From: Pelagibacteraceae bacterium AG-333-C14 | Lineage (GTDB): Bacteria > Pseudomonadota > Alphaproteobacteria > Pelagibacterales > AG-422-B15 | Reading direction: 5' to 3' | DNA: 64,000 nucleotides | Assembly: GCA_003282485.1 (NCBI GenBank) | Contig: QBZD01000002.1 | Coordinates: 90,852-154,851, forward strand | Shown here: piece after piece, positions 28,116 to 37,571 of the stretch | Layout of the letters: each line of letters starts with the position of its first letter | Numbering within the stretch: the stretch's first letter is position 1 | Notes under the pieces: generated by a model | Seen by the model: the letters and a program-made list of their open reading frames with translations, nothing else | Told to the model about the DNA's origin: nothing | Database searches by the model: none | Position numbers and translations under genes: made by a program

Positions 28116-29846
28116 TTAAAATTCGCGTTCGTATAATTTCTTATAGACGCCATTGTTTGATAGTAACTTTTCATGAGTGCCACTTTCAACTATTTTTCCA
28201 TCATCTAGAACTATAATTTGATCAGCATTTATTATAGTACTTAGCCTATGGGCAATTACCAAAGTTGTTCTATCTTTCATCAGTTTCTTTATTGCTTCCT
28301 GAACAAGACTTTCTGATTCTGTATCTAAACTTGAAGTTGCCTCATCCAATAATAGTATTGGTGCATTTTTTAAAAAAGCTCTTGCAATTGAAACTCTTTG
28401 TTTTTGGCCGCCTGACAGACTGTACCCGTTTTCTCCAATTACTGTATCGTATCCATTTGGCAGCTGAGCAATAAATGAGTCAGCAGCAGCAGATTTTGCA
28501 GCACTAATAATTTCTTCTTCAGTAGAGTTAGGTCGGCTGTAGAGAATATTTTCTTTAATGGACATATCAAATAGAATTGGTTCTTGACTAACTAAAGCAA
28601 TCACTGCCCTGACTGAAGAAATTGTTAAATCTTTTATATTTTGTCCGTCAATTTTTAGTTCACCTGAGTCGGGATCATAAAATCTTGGTATAAGATTTAA
28701 AATTGATGATTTACCTGATCCACTTGGTCCTACTAAAGCAGTAGTTTTTCCATGAGGAATATTGAGATTGATTTTTTTTAGTGCTGAATTTGTCTGTCCT
28801 TCATAAGAGAGAGTTACCTCATGCAAATCAATATTAGTTTTATTTAACGATAGATCTATTGCATCTTTTTTTTCGTTAATTAAGCTTTCTTGATCTAACA
28901 GACTGAATACTCTTATAGCTGCTGCAAAACCTTCTTGAAGAGTTGTATTTATTGAAGCAAGTCTTTTCAGAGGTTGAAATGCCAACATCATTGCTCCAAG
29001 AAATGATACAAATTCGTTTAATGGCAGTTCTCCTTGAAGTCCCCTTAAACCTGCATAGTATAATGTTCCTGCTATACCAAATCCTGCAAGAAACTCAGCA
29101 AATGGTGACGCGGCCCCACGAGCATTTGCCCCTTTAAGAATTTTTTGAACCCTTCTCCAAACTGAATTACTAAGTTTTGTAATTTCTTTTTCTTCTTGTT
29201 GATAAGCTTTAACAATTCTTGTTCCATCTAAGTTTTCAGAAAGTATGGATGCTAGTACTCCCGTTTCTTCTTGTGTTTCTGTCGAGGCTTTTTTTACTCT
29301 TTTGCCCAATCTTCTCGTCAATACTCCGACTAAAGGGAAAGCTATGATTGCTATAGTTGCTAGTTGCCAGTCTTGGTAATACATAACACCAAGAAGGCAA
29401 ATGAGTGTCAGTAAATCCTTAACTCCATTAGCAAGACTGCTACTAACTGCATCTTGAAGTAAAGTAACGTCATATAGAAAATTAGAAATTATTTTTGCTG
29501 AGTGTATCTTATGAAGCCAAGATAGATCAGCGTTAATTATTTTTTTGAATAATTTTATTTGTGTGTCTGCGATAATATTTTGGGATACACCGTTTAAAAG
29601 TACAATTTGGATATAAGTTGCAACACTTTTAATGAGCAGTGTAAGAATTATCGCAATTGGTATTAACAACAACATTGATTCATCTTTATCAAGAAAAATT
29701 TTGTCAATTGCAGGGTCAAGCAGCCATGCAGTCGCACCTGTTGAAAGGGCTATTATTATCATAAAGAATAATGAGCTAGCTAATCTTGATGCATAAGGTC
29801 TTATACTATCTCTGAATAACCTTGCTAATATCTGCGATCCAGTCAT
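28116..29846 (-). CDS. msbA: ABC transporter, fused permease/ATPase, lipid A exporter MsbA-like
   Basis: 576 aa. Six TM segments are followed by an NBD with Walker A GPSGSGKS, signature LSGGQKQR and Walker B LLLDEATS. It sits in a lipid A/Kdo gene context. Confidence 0.8.
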   Translation of the reverse strand: MTGSQILARLFRDSIRPYASRLASSLFFMIIIALSTGATAWLLDPAIDKIFLDKDESMLLLIPIAIILTLLIKSVATYIQIVLLNGVSQNIIADTQIKLFKKIINADLSWLHKIHSAKIISNFLYDVTLLQDAVSSSLANGVKDLLTLICLLGVMYYQDWQLATIAIIAFPLVGVLTRRLGKRVKKASTETQEETGVLASILSENLDGTRIVKAYQQEEKEITKLSNSVWRRVQKILKGANARGAASPFAEFLAGFGIAGTLYYAGLRGLQGELPLNEFVSFLGAMMLAFQPLKRLASINTTLQEGFAAAIRVFSLLDQESLINEKKDAIDLSLNKTNIDLHEVTLSYEGQTNSALKKINLNIPHGKTTALVGPSGSGKSSILNLIPRFYDPDSGELKIDGQNIKDLTISSVRAVIALVSQEPILFDMSIKENILYSRPNSTEEEIISAAKSAAADSFIAQLPNGYDTVIGENGYSLSGGQKQRVSIARAFLKNAPILLLDEATSSLDTESESLVQEAIKKLMKDRTTLVIAHRLSTIINADQIIVLDDGKIVESGTHEKLLSNNGVYKKLYEREF

Positions 29847-29911
29847 GAGAGGGTATTCATAATACTATTACAGAAAATTTAAATCTAAATATTGGTTTAT
29901 GGCTAAAAAGC

Positions 29912-31243
29912 TTATTTTCCTGCTAGTGTCATATTCTCAATTAAAACTGTAGGAGCGTTGGTTCGGTACTTGAACTCAAGATCATTAGCTGCGGATAAAT
30001 TTAAAAACATTTCTGTAAGATTTGAAGCTATAGTTACTTCACTTACAGCATGAGTAATTTCGCCATTTTCAATCAACATGCCACTAGCGCCCATACTATA
30101 ATCACCTGTAACTAAGTTAACACCCATTCCAATTAGTTCATTTGCATAAAAACCATATTTAATAGATTTGATCATATCGTCATAAGACAGTATTCCATTA
30201 GTCATAAAAAAATTTGATGTTGATACACCTGGAGGTGCTCCAACAGACCGTGATGCGTTTCCTGTTGTTTTAAAGTTAAGCTTCTTTGCTGTTGAGGTAT
30301 TTAAAATCCAAGTATTGAGTTTTCCATTGGACACAATTTCTTTTTTACTGACCTGAATTCCTTCTCCATCAAACGGTTTAGAGCCCAACCCTTTTAGAAT
30401 TCCTGGATCATCGATTATAGTTACATCTTTTTTGAAAATTTGTTTTCCAAGACTATCCTTTAGAAAACTTGTTCCTCTTGCGATAGATGGACCAGATATT
30501 GCTCCAGCAAGATATCCGATTAAGCCATTACTAATTCTTTTATCAAATATTACCGGAAGTTTTGTTGATTTTATTTTTTTTGGATTTAAACGTTTTAATG
30601 TTTTGTTAGCTGCTGATGTTCCAATTTCTTTAGCTGATCGCAAATCTGAAAAATGTCTTGATACAGAGTAATCATAATCTCTTTCCATACTTTGTCCTTC
30701 ACCAGCTAGAACAGAACAAGATATAGAATTGGTTGATGATTTGTATCCTCCCTGGAATCCATTACTAGTCGCTAAGTAGAATTCGCCCTGTGAAAAAGAT
30801 GCTCCAGCCCCTTCTGAATTACTTACCCCAGGCACTGAAAGAGCTGCTTCTTCACACTCCTTAACAGAGTCTATTAGAACTTCTGTGTTAGTCTCATCAC
30901 TTTGATGTAATTCTAAATTACCTATTTCGCTTTCGAATAATGAACTATCGCCCAAGACAGCAGAATCGTCAACGGGTGCTAATTTTGCCATGGATACACA
31001 CTTGTTCACAAGTGTTTCTATATTATCATCATCTACTTCAGATGAAGAAACAAAAGCTTGCTTCTGATCAACCAGCGCTCTTATTCCAATGGTGCTATCA
31101 TTTGACTCTTCAAGATCTTCTATATTCTGTTTTCTGCAGCTGATTGATTTTCCACTTGCCTTTGCAAGCACAACATCGCACTCAGTAGCTCCACTTTTGA
31201 GAGTCTTTTCAATAATTTTTTGAGCTGTAATTTCAAAATTCAT
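29912..31243 (-). CDS. pmbA: PmbA/TldE family metalloprotease modulator
   Basis: 443 aa. It shows the PmbA_TldD family pattern (GIRALV, ...GNASRS..APPGVSTSNF, DYSMGASG..IENGE). Confidence 0.8.
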   Translation of the reverse strand: MNFEITAQKIIEKTLKSGATECDVVLAKASGKSISCRKQNIEDLEESNDSTIGIRALVDQKQAFVSSSEVDDDNIETLVNKCVSMAKLAPVDDSAVLGDSSLFESEIGNLELHQSDETNTEVLIDSVKECEEAALSVPGVSNSEGAGASFSQGEFYLATSNGFQGGYKSSTNSISCSVLAGEGQSMERDYDYSVSRHFSDLRSAKEIGTSAANKTLKRLNPKKIKSTKLPVIFDKRISNGLIGYLAGAISGPSIARGTSFLKDSLGKQIFKKDVTIIDDPGILKGLGSKPFDGEGIQVSKKEIVSNGKLNTWILNTSTAKKLNFKTTGNASRSVGAPPGVSTSNFFMTNGILSYDDMIKSIKYGFYANELIGMGVNLVTGDYSMGASGMLIENGEITHAVSEVTIASNLTEMFLNLSAANDLEFKYRTNAPTVLIENMTLAGK

Positions 31244-31246
31244 ATA

Positions 31247-32113
31247 TTAAATCAGTGTTAGTAGTAAAGAGAACATAATTAATGCGCCAGTATACCGATT
31301 ACTTTTGAAAATTTCCAGACACACTTCACTATTATAAATATCTAGTTTGAATAATTGAAATAACAAATGAAATCCTACGAGAAGAAGAGAAGTATAATAT
31401 AAATATTTATAATCAGATAATTGGCCAAAGATTAATAGGCAGATAATCATTAACAAATAAAAAGAAGAAATCCATAATTTTGAATTGTTTCCAAACAAAA
31501 TAGCTGTTGATTTTATTCCAATTCTTAAGTCATCCTCCCGGTCCTGATGGGCATATATTGTATCGTATCCTAAAGTCCAAAAAATTCCTGCAAGATATAA
31601 GAAGAAGATAGATAAAGAAATATTCCCATTAATGGATACATATCCAATAATAACACCAATATTAAAAGTTAGACCAAGAAATAGCTGTGGCCAATATGTA
31701 ATCCTTTTCATAAGAGGGTATAATATAAAAAGAAAAAATGAAATAAATCCAATCATAATTGCCGTCCTGTTAAATGAAAGCAATATTGCAAGTCCGACTA
31801 GACATAAAAGACCAAATATTGTGATTGCTTCAATTGTGCTGATAGCTCCACTCGCCAAAGGTCTTTTTGATGTTCTGCTTACATACTTATCAAGATCTTT
31901 ATCAAATATATCATTTATTACACAACCTGCAGATCTCATCACGACTGAGCCAATGGCGAATAAGATAATGGTGAGAAGATTGTTATGTATATCTTTAAAC
32001 GAGCTAAAAGCTGCAAATATTCCCCAAAAACATGGTAACATTAGTAACATAAATCCATTGGGCTGATGGAGTCTTAATAAATGAATATACTTCTGCAACT
32101 TGTATTTCCTCAA
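31247..32113 (-). CDS. ubiA: 4-hydroxybenzoate polyprenyltransferase
   Basis: 288 aa polytopic membrane protein with NDIFDKDLD (NDxxDxxxD) and YAHQDREDD second Asp-rich motifs. Confidence 0.9.
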   Translation of the reverse strand: MRKYKLQKYIHLLRLHQPNGFMLLMLPCFWGIFAAFSSFKDIHNNLLTIILFAIGSVVMRSAGCVINDIFDKDLDKYVSRTSKRPLASGAISTIEAITIFGLLCLVGLAILLSFNRTAIMIGFISFFLFILYPLMKRITYWPQLFLGLTFNIGVIIGYVSINGNISLSIFFLYLAGIFWTLGYDTIYAHQDREDDLRIGIKSTAILFGNNSKLWISSFYLLMIICLLIFGQLSDYKYLYYTSLLLVGFHLLFQLFKLDIYNSEVCLEIFKSNRYTGALIMFSLLLTLI

Positions 32114-32142
32114 AACTAATATTATGAATTTAATATATATAA

Positions 32143-32862
32143 ATGACTAAGATAAAAAATAGAATTTTTATAACTTCAGCCTTAAAGTCAGGAGAGACTG
32201 TTTCTTTAGAAGATGATAAATCTCATTATGTAAACAATGTTATTAGGTGTAAAATTGGAGACCATATTTCACTTTTTAATGACAAATTTGAATGTATAGC
32301 TGAAGTTGTGAGCAATTCAAAAAAAATATGTAAGCTGAAATTAAAGGAATGTAAAGAAAATGAGATCGATAGACACAATATAACTCTATTTTTCTCACCT
32401 ATAAAGAGATCTCCTATGGAGTTTATGGTGCAGAAATGCACAGAGATTGGAATAACCTCTTTCCAGCCAGTATTAATGGAGAGAACAAATAATAAAAAAA
32501 TTAATCTTGAGAGATTAAGACTAATCTCTATTGAGGCATGCGAGCAGTCTAGTAGAGTAAATTTGCCTTCATTTAATTATTTAATCTCTTTTAGTGAAAT
32601 GATTAAAACAATGAGTTATGATAAACTTATTTTCTGCTCACTTGAAAAAAATACTAGCGCAATTAATAAAATAAATTTATCACTTAATGAAAGTATAGGA
32701 ATTGTAATCGGTCCAGAAGGTGATTTTTCTCCAAACGAAATGACAGACTTAGGAAGCATAAAGAATTCTGTACCAGTAACCCTTGGTAGTAATATTCTTA
32801 AATCTGAAACAGCTGGAGTTGTTGCTTCCTCGCTAGTAATGAACAGTATATATAATGATTAA
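32143..32862 (+). CDS. rsmE: 16S rRNA (uracil1498-N3)-methyltransferase
   Basis: 239 aa. RsmE/SPOUT pattern: HYVNNVIR, KCTEIG, EQS.R and IGPEGDFS.NE. Confidence 0.85.
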   Translation: MTKIKNRIFITSALKSGETVSLEDDKSHYVNNVIRCKIGDHISLFNDKFECIAEVVSNSKKICKLKLKECKENEIDRHNITLFFSPIKRSPMEFMVQKCTEIGITSFQPVLMERTNNKKINLERLRLISIEACEQSSRVNLPSFNYLISFSEMIKTMSYDKLIFCSLEKNTSAINKINLSLNESIGIVIGPEGDFSPNEMTDLGSIKNSVPVTLGSNILKSETAGVVASSLVMNSIYND

Positions 32863-34189
32863 TAAACAAGATTTAATAAATTACTTCAGTGAAGGAATAA
32901 AGAAAGATAACACTCTCAGGATAGGTACTGAGCATGAGAAATTTATTTTTAAGCAAAATGATTTATCTTTGATCCCCTATGATGGCGATGTGAGTATACA
33001 AGCTATCTTTCAAGATTTTGTGAAAGAAGGCTGGAAAGAAGTTAAAGAAGGTAACAATACAATTGCTCTCACAAAGAATAATGCAAGTATAACCCTTGAA
33101 CCTGGAGGTCAATTTGAGTTGTCCGGTGCTCCACTTAAATCAGTTCATGAAACATGTAGTGAAATCAACAGTCATCTGGATTTAACTAAAAAATTAGAAA
33201 AAAAATATAATATTGGATTTTTAGGAATTGGCTTCTTGCCCATAGGAACTCTTGAGGAAATACCAATGGTTCCCAAAAAAAGATATGCAGAAATTATGAC
33301 TCCCTATATGAGGTCGCTTGGTGGATTGGGTTTAGAGATGATGTATCAATCTGCAACAGTGCAAGCTAATTTTGATTTTACTTCAGAAGAAGATATGGGA
33401 AAAAAAATCAATGTTTCATCTGTACTTCAACCATTAGTGACAGGCTTATTTGCTAACTCACCATTTAAAAATAACCAACCATCAGGATTTGAAAGTTATA
33501 GGGGACATGTTTGGACAAGAACAGATGCAGATCGGACGGGTATACCTAAATTTCTTACTGAGCCAAACATGAGTTTTGAAAAGTATGTAGATTTTGCTCT
33601 AGATATTCCTGTTTATGCTCTTATAAGAGATGGTAATTATATAAGATGCACAGATTATTCATTCACTGACTTAATTGAGGGTAAGCATAACGAATTTTCC
33701 AAAGATCAAATTACAATTAAAGATTGGGCTGATCATATTTCTACCATATTCACTGAAGTAAGATTAAAAACATTTATTGAAATGAGAGGAGCTGACGCAG
33801 GTGGGTACAACACACTATGTGCATTGCCTGCTTTTTGGACAGGCATACTTTATGACGAGACTGCTCTTGAGGAGGCTTTGAGCATCACAAGACAGCTCCA
33901 TTACACTGATTTAATGAATTTTAGAGCAGACGTTTTAAAGAATGGTCTCAACTCAACTATTAATAATATAGAAGGATGGGATTTAGCGGAACAAATAGTA
34001 AAAATTTCCTCAGAGGGCTTAAACAGACGTGGAAAATTAAATTTATATGGTGATAGTGAAGCAGTTCATTTAGATTTTCTAAAAGATATTATTAAGAAAA
34101 AAGAGTCTAATTCAATGCGAATGATTAAAAACTACTATGCACAAGATACACTTAATCAAAAAGAACTTTTTAAAAAGGAGTCTTTTTAG
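32855..34189 (+). CDS. gshA: Glutamate-cysteine ligase, plant/alphaproteobacterial type (GCS2 family)
   Basis: 444 aa. It reads IGTEHEKF, LEPGGQFELSGAP, MMYQSATVQANFDF, GHVWTRTDADRTG and FTEVRLKTFIEMRGAD. Confidence 0.85.
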   Translation: MINKQDLINYFSEGIKKDNTLRIGTEHEKFIFKQNDLSLIPYDGDVSIQAIFQDFVKEGWKEVKEGNNTIALTKNNASITLEPGGQFELSGAPLKSVHETCSEINSHLDLTKKLEKKYNIGFLGIGFLPIGTLEEIPMVPKKRYAEIMTPYMRSLGGLGLEMMYQSATVQANFDFTSEEDMGKKINVSSVLQPLVTGLFANSPFKNNQPSGFESYRGHVWTRTDADRTGIPKFLTEPNMSFEKYVDFALDIPVYALIRDGNYIRCTDYSFTDLIEGKHNEFSKDQITIKDWADHISTIFTEVRLKTFIEMRGADAGGYNTLCALPAFWTGILYDETALEEALSITRQLHYTDLMNFRADVLKNGLNSTINNIEGWDLAEQIVKISSEGLNRRGKLNLYGDSEAVHLDFLKDIIKKKESNSMRMIKNYYAQDTLNQKELFKKESF

Positions 34190-35274
34190 GTTGATCCTTT
34201 TTCTATATATATAGATTGAGAAGGGAAAGCAAAGCCAGCATCATTCTTCTCAACAATACCTTTTATTTCGAATGCTAAGTTTTCTTTAATCTCTAACCAT
34301 TCTCCCCAATTTGTAGTGGTAGCAAAACAATAAACCAATAAATCAATAGAGCTGTCAGAGAATTTTTCTATCCTAACAAACAATGGTTGTTCGGTTGATT
34401 TAACAAAGTTTCCATTATCCGTTAAATATTTTTCAATCTCGTCTCTTATTTTTCTTAACTGATCATGTGTTGTTCGATATTCTAAACCAATAGTCCAATA
34501 AATTCTGCGACTTTTCATATTACTAAAGTTTGTTACGGCATTTTCAGCAAAATTAAAGTTTGGGACCATTACCGGCGAGGAGTCAAATCTTCTTACTAGC
34601 GTTGAGCGAAATCCAATATTTTCTACAGTGCCTTCAACTATATTTTCAACTTTTATCCAATCACCGTTTTGAAATCTTTTTTCAAGAAGTATCAGTATAC
34701 CTGAAATTAAGTTTTTAAATAAATCTTGAGCACCTAAAGCAACAGCAACACTTAATAATCCAAGACCAGCCAATATGGGTCCAACCTTAATACCCCATAT
34801 TTCAAGCACTGCCGCACCTCCAATAATAAAGATAAAGAATTTAAGTATCCTTACACCCCAATCAATTAAATCATACGTTAACAGTTCACCAAATTTATGA
34901 ATAAAAAAAGAAAAAGGATCAATTACTTTATAAAGGAACCAGAATATTTGAATTGTTATGAGTGATGTATTTAGATTTGCAGCAATTATTTCAAGTGTGC
35001 TGTTTAAATTTAAATATTGAGTGCTGATGTATACCCCGATAACGATTGGAAAAAATCTCAATGGACCATCAAAGGCCTCTAAAACTTCATCATCAATTTG
35101 AGTTGAAGATTTTTTTACAATAGCTTTCAATCTACCAACAACAATCTTTGAAAATAAAGATCTGAATAAGACAAAAAGTATAAGAATTAGAATACCGATT
35201 AGTACATTATTGAAATCTATTCCAAACACTCCTTGTGACCAAACTGATGAAACTAAGTCTAAAAAATTATCCAT
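34186..35274 (-). CDS. Mechanosensitive ion channel, MscS family
   Basis: 362 aa. N-terminal TM helices are followed by the conserved pore/beta domain: GLGLLSVAVALGAQDLFKNLISGILILLEKRFQNGDWIKV...GTVENIGFRST. Confidence 0.85.
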   Translation of the reverse strand: MDNFLDLVSSVWSQGVFGIDFNNVLIGILILILFVLFRSLFSKIVVGRLKAIVKKSSTQIDDEVLEAFDGPLRFFPIVIGVYISTQYLNLNSTLEIIAANLNTSLITIQIFWFLYKVIDPFSFFIHKFGELLTYDLIDWGVRILKFFIFIIGGAAVLEIWGIKVGPILAGLGLLSVAVALGAQDLFKNLISGILILLEKRFQNGDWIKVENIVEGTVENIGFRSTLVRRFDSSPVMVPNFNFAENAVTNFSNMKSRRIYWTIGLEYRTTHDQLRKIRDEIEKYLTDNGNFVKSTEQPLFVRIEKFSDSSIDLLVYCFATTTNWGEWLEIKENLAFEIKGIVEKNDAGFAFPSQSIYIEKGST

Positions 35275-35321
35275 TCTATTATTTTAACTGATTTGGCATT
35301 CAGATAATAGATATAGTTAAT

Positions 35322-36182
35322 TTACAGAAAATTATTGATTTCTCTTGATACTTCAGTTGTTTTCTCCAAAGGAAGCATGTGACTTGTGTCTTTAATAAAG
35401 CATATTTCCGTTTGAGGGTTATATTTCTTAATTCTCTTCTGACTCAGCTTATTGCAGACCACACTATTAGGAGTGAGAATTATTTTTAAAGGTATGTTTA
35501 TTCTTTTTAGATCAAACCAAACTTCATGTGATGTCAACTTGAAGCAAGCTGACTCCCAGCTCGGTTCGCATTTAAGTTTGAGCTCATTGTTTTGGTCAGT
35601 ATAGGTACAATATTCAACATAATCTCTGATAATTTGTTCATCAATATGTTTAAACAAATTTTTTTTTGAGAAATATTGAAAAGCATCATCTTTACTTGAC
35701 CATCCATTTCTTCTTATAGAAGCATTTTTTGCTAGTGGATTTACTAAATGAGAAAGCCCAGTAAATTGTAAAAACTTATAAGTTAAAATGTATCTCAAAG
35801 GCAACATTACTGGATCAACAAGTATTAACTTACTAACAAGATCAGGATTAGATAAAGCCACAAGCAAACTTGCGGTTCCACCCATTGAATGACCTGAAAG
35901 CACAACAGGTTTATTTTCCATTTTGATAAGTTCTATTAGGTCATTTTTAAAGGTGTACCAAGATTTTAATTTGCTTGGATCAGCTTTTAGGGTTGTATTT
36001 CCATGACCCCGCATATCATAAGTTATTACCTCGTAACTATCACTAATGTTTGATAATAGTTTACTATAGACTTTGCCACTAAATCCATTTGCATGAGAAA
36101 AGTAAAATTTATCTGCACCAGGATTTTCTTTCCTATATGTAACTATCTTTTTAGATTCTACTTCAAATTCTTTTTCTAACAT
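35322..36182 (-). CDS. Alpha/beta-fold hydrolase
   Basis: 286 aa. Oxyanion-region FSHANGF, nucleophile elbow GHSMGG, and a late DTSHM (His) region. Confidence 0.75.
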   Translation of the reverse strand: MLEKEFEVESKKIVTYRKENPGADKFYFSHANGFSGKVYSKLLSNISDSYEVITYDMRGHGNTTLKADPSKLKSWYTFKNDLIELIKMENKPVVLSGHSMGGTASLLVALSNPDLVSKLILVDPVMLPLRYILTYKFLQFTGLSHLVNPLAKNASIRRNGWSSKDDAFQYFSKKNLFKHIDEQIIRDYVEYCTYTDQNNELKLKCEPSWESACFKLTSHEVWFDLKRINIPLKIILTPNSVVCNKLSQKRIKKYNPQTEICFIKDTSHMLPLEKTTEVSREINNFL

Positions 36183-36186
36183 TTAC

Positions 36187-36612
36187 TCAGTGACATGATT
36201 CATTATATTTTTTAAGCCTATAGTAATTATAGGGCAGCGGGGTGACAAACCCTGCTAAAAGCATGAAAGGTATAATAGTAATGGTTAATACACCTCCTGC
36301 AAAAATAAGATCTGTTAAATTCATTGAAATCTCCATTGCTACCATGCTAATGAAGCTCATTTTGAATGCGATATTCAAAGCTTCTGAAAAAGGAAAACTT
36401 TTCATTAAAATAAAAGTTTCTAACAAAATACTTGTTACAAGTCCGTTGAATATGGCAATTAGCATCACAAGATAAATTGACAAGGAATGATCTATCAATT
36501 GAAAGTAAAATATTGTACCAAAGTCTCCAATACTGCATCCAAGAAGACACCACAAAGTATTGTAGCTTGAAGTCTTCCATGTTGCTTTACAAGTCCAACT
36601 AATACTAAGCAT
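36187..36612 (-). CDS. Small polytopic membrane protein with CxxGC motif (DUF4396-like)
   Basis: About 141 aa from the ATG at 36612 (the track start at 36642 would overlap the upstream gene by 38 nt). TLWCLLGCSIGDFG resembles the DUF4396 HC..GC..GE motif. It has four hydrophobic helices. Confidence 0.5.
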   Translation of the reverse strand: MLSISWTCKATWKTSSYNTLWCLLGCSIGDFGTIFYFQLIDHSLSIYLVMLIAIFNGLVTSILLETFILMKSFPFSEALNIAFKMSFISMVAMEISMNLTDLIFAGGVLTITIIPFMLLAGFVTPLPYNYYRLKKYNESCH

Positions 36613-36811
36613 CAAATTTTTTAAATTCCTCTCGTCTTTCATTACCGTCTTTTAGTGCTAAGGCTTTTTCTTCATCGGACATTCTTAGCCAATTAGTGAT
36701 TTCAAGTTGCTCTCTAAAGCACCCAATACAGACCTTGCCGTCCATAAAAGCCTCATTATACTTACATATTTTGACGCATGGACTATCTACACGTGTATCT
36801 TTTTTAATCAT
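36605..36811 (-). CDS. DUF1289 (YdhL-like) cysteine-motif protein
   Basis: 68 aa. SPCVKICKYNE...GKVCIGCFREQLEITNWLRMSDEEK matches the DUF1289 pattern SPC..C...C.GC.R...E...W. Confidence 0.7.
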   Translation of the reverse strand: MIKKDTRVDSPCVKICKYNEAFMDGKVCIGCFREQLEITNWLRMSDEEKALALKDGNERREEFKKFDA

Positions 36812-36870
36812 ATAAAGCTTGATTTATTTATATATTACAATAAAAAGCAACTTCAATTTCAAATAATTAT

Positions 36871-37566
36871 ATGGCACGTATTACTGTTGAGGATTGCATA
36901 AAACTTATCAATAATCAGTATGATTTGGTTATTCTCGCAAAAGAAAGAGCAGTTCAATTGGGTAGAGGAGCTACCCCAGCTGTTGACCCTGAAAATGATA
37001 AGAAGCCTGTAATAGCGCTCAGAGAAATCAGTGAATCTAAGATTACAGCTGAAGAGTTAAAAGAAAGTATCGTTTCTAAGCTAAGACAAATTCCAGATTA
37101 TGAAGAAGAAGAGGAATTAGAGGAAGTAGATAATGATACGTTCAGGCAAATGTATCAAGGCGGATTGTCCAAATCAGAAATGGAAAAGTCTGCAACACGT
37201 AAATTTACTGCAAGATCCCCTAGAGTTGAAACGAGAGCTAAACCAATTGAAGATACAGCAAGTGATTTAGAAGTCCCTCCTATGAGTTCAGAAGATATAA
37301 ATGAATCTCCTGATCTTAATGACACTCAGGATGTATTAGATACATCAGAAGTTGAGTCTCCAATTACGGAAAGCATTGAAACAGCTCACGAGGAAATAAC
37401 TGATCAAACTACAGTTGATCCAATTGAGGAAAACCAACCTTCTGAAGAAGAAAGTTTTGTTGCGAGTGATCAGCTAGAAGATAACAATGAAAATGAAGTT
37501 ATTAATGTCGAAGAGTTGCCTGAGGTTACATCTGACATTGAAGAAGACAATACTCCTAAAGAATAA
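36871..37566 (+). CDS. rpoZ: DNA-directed RNA polymerase omega subunit with ~150-aa acidic C-terminal extension
   Basis: It starts MARITVEDCIKLINNQYDLVILAKERAVQLGRGA (canonical RpoZ start). The total is 231 aa, and residues ~75-231 are D/E/S/T-rich and low-complexity. Confidence 0.9.
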   Translation: MARITVEDCIKLINNQYDLVILAKERAVQLGRGATPAVDPENDKKPVIALREISESKITAEELKESIVSKLRQIPDYEEEEELEEVDNDTFRQMYQGGLSKSEMEKSATRKFTARSPRVETRAKPIEDTASDLEVPPMSSEDINESPDLNDTQDVLDTSEVESPITESIETAHEEITDQTTVDPIEENQPSEEESFVASDQLEDNNENEVINVEELPEVTSDIEEDNTPKE

Positions 37567-37571
37567 TTACC

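Noticed and set aside
28112-28189. The extended N-terminus of the DUF374 gene (track start 28189) gives a 74-nt overlap with msbA.
   Set aside because: An in-frame ATG at 28111-28109 lies 4 nt after the msbA stop, and the conserved part of the family starts downstream of it. The long overlap is probably an ORF-caller artefact, and I cannot prove which start is used.
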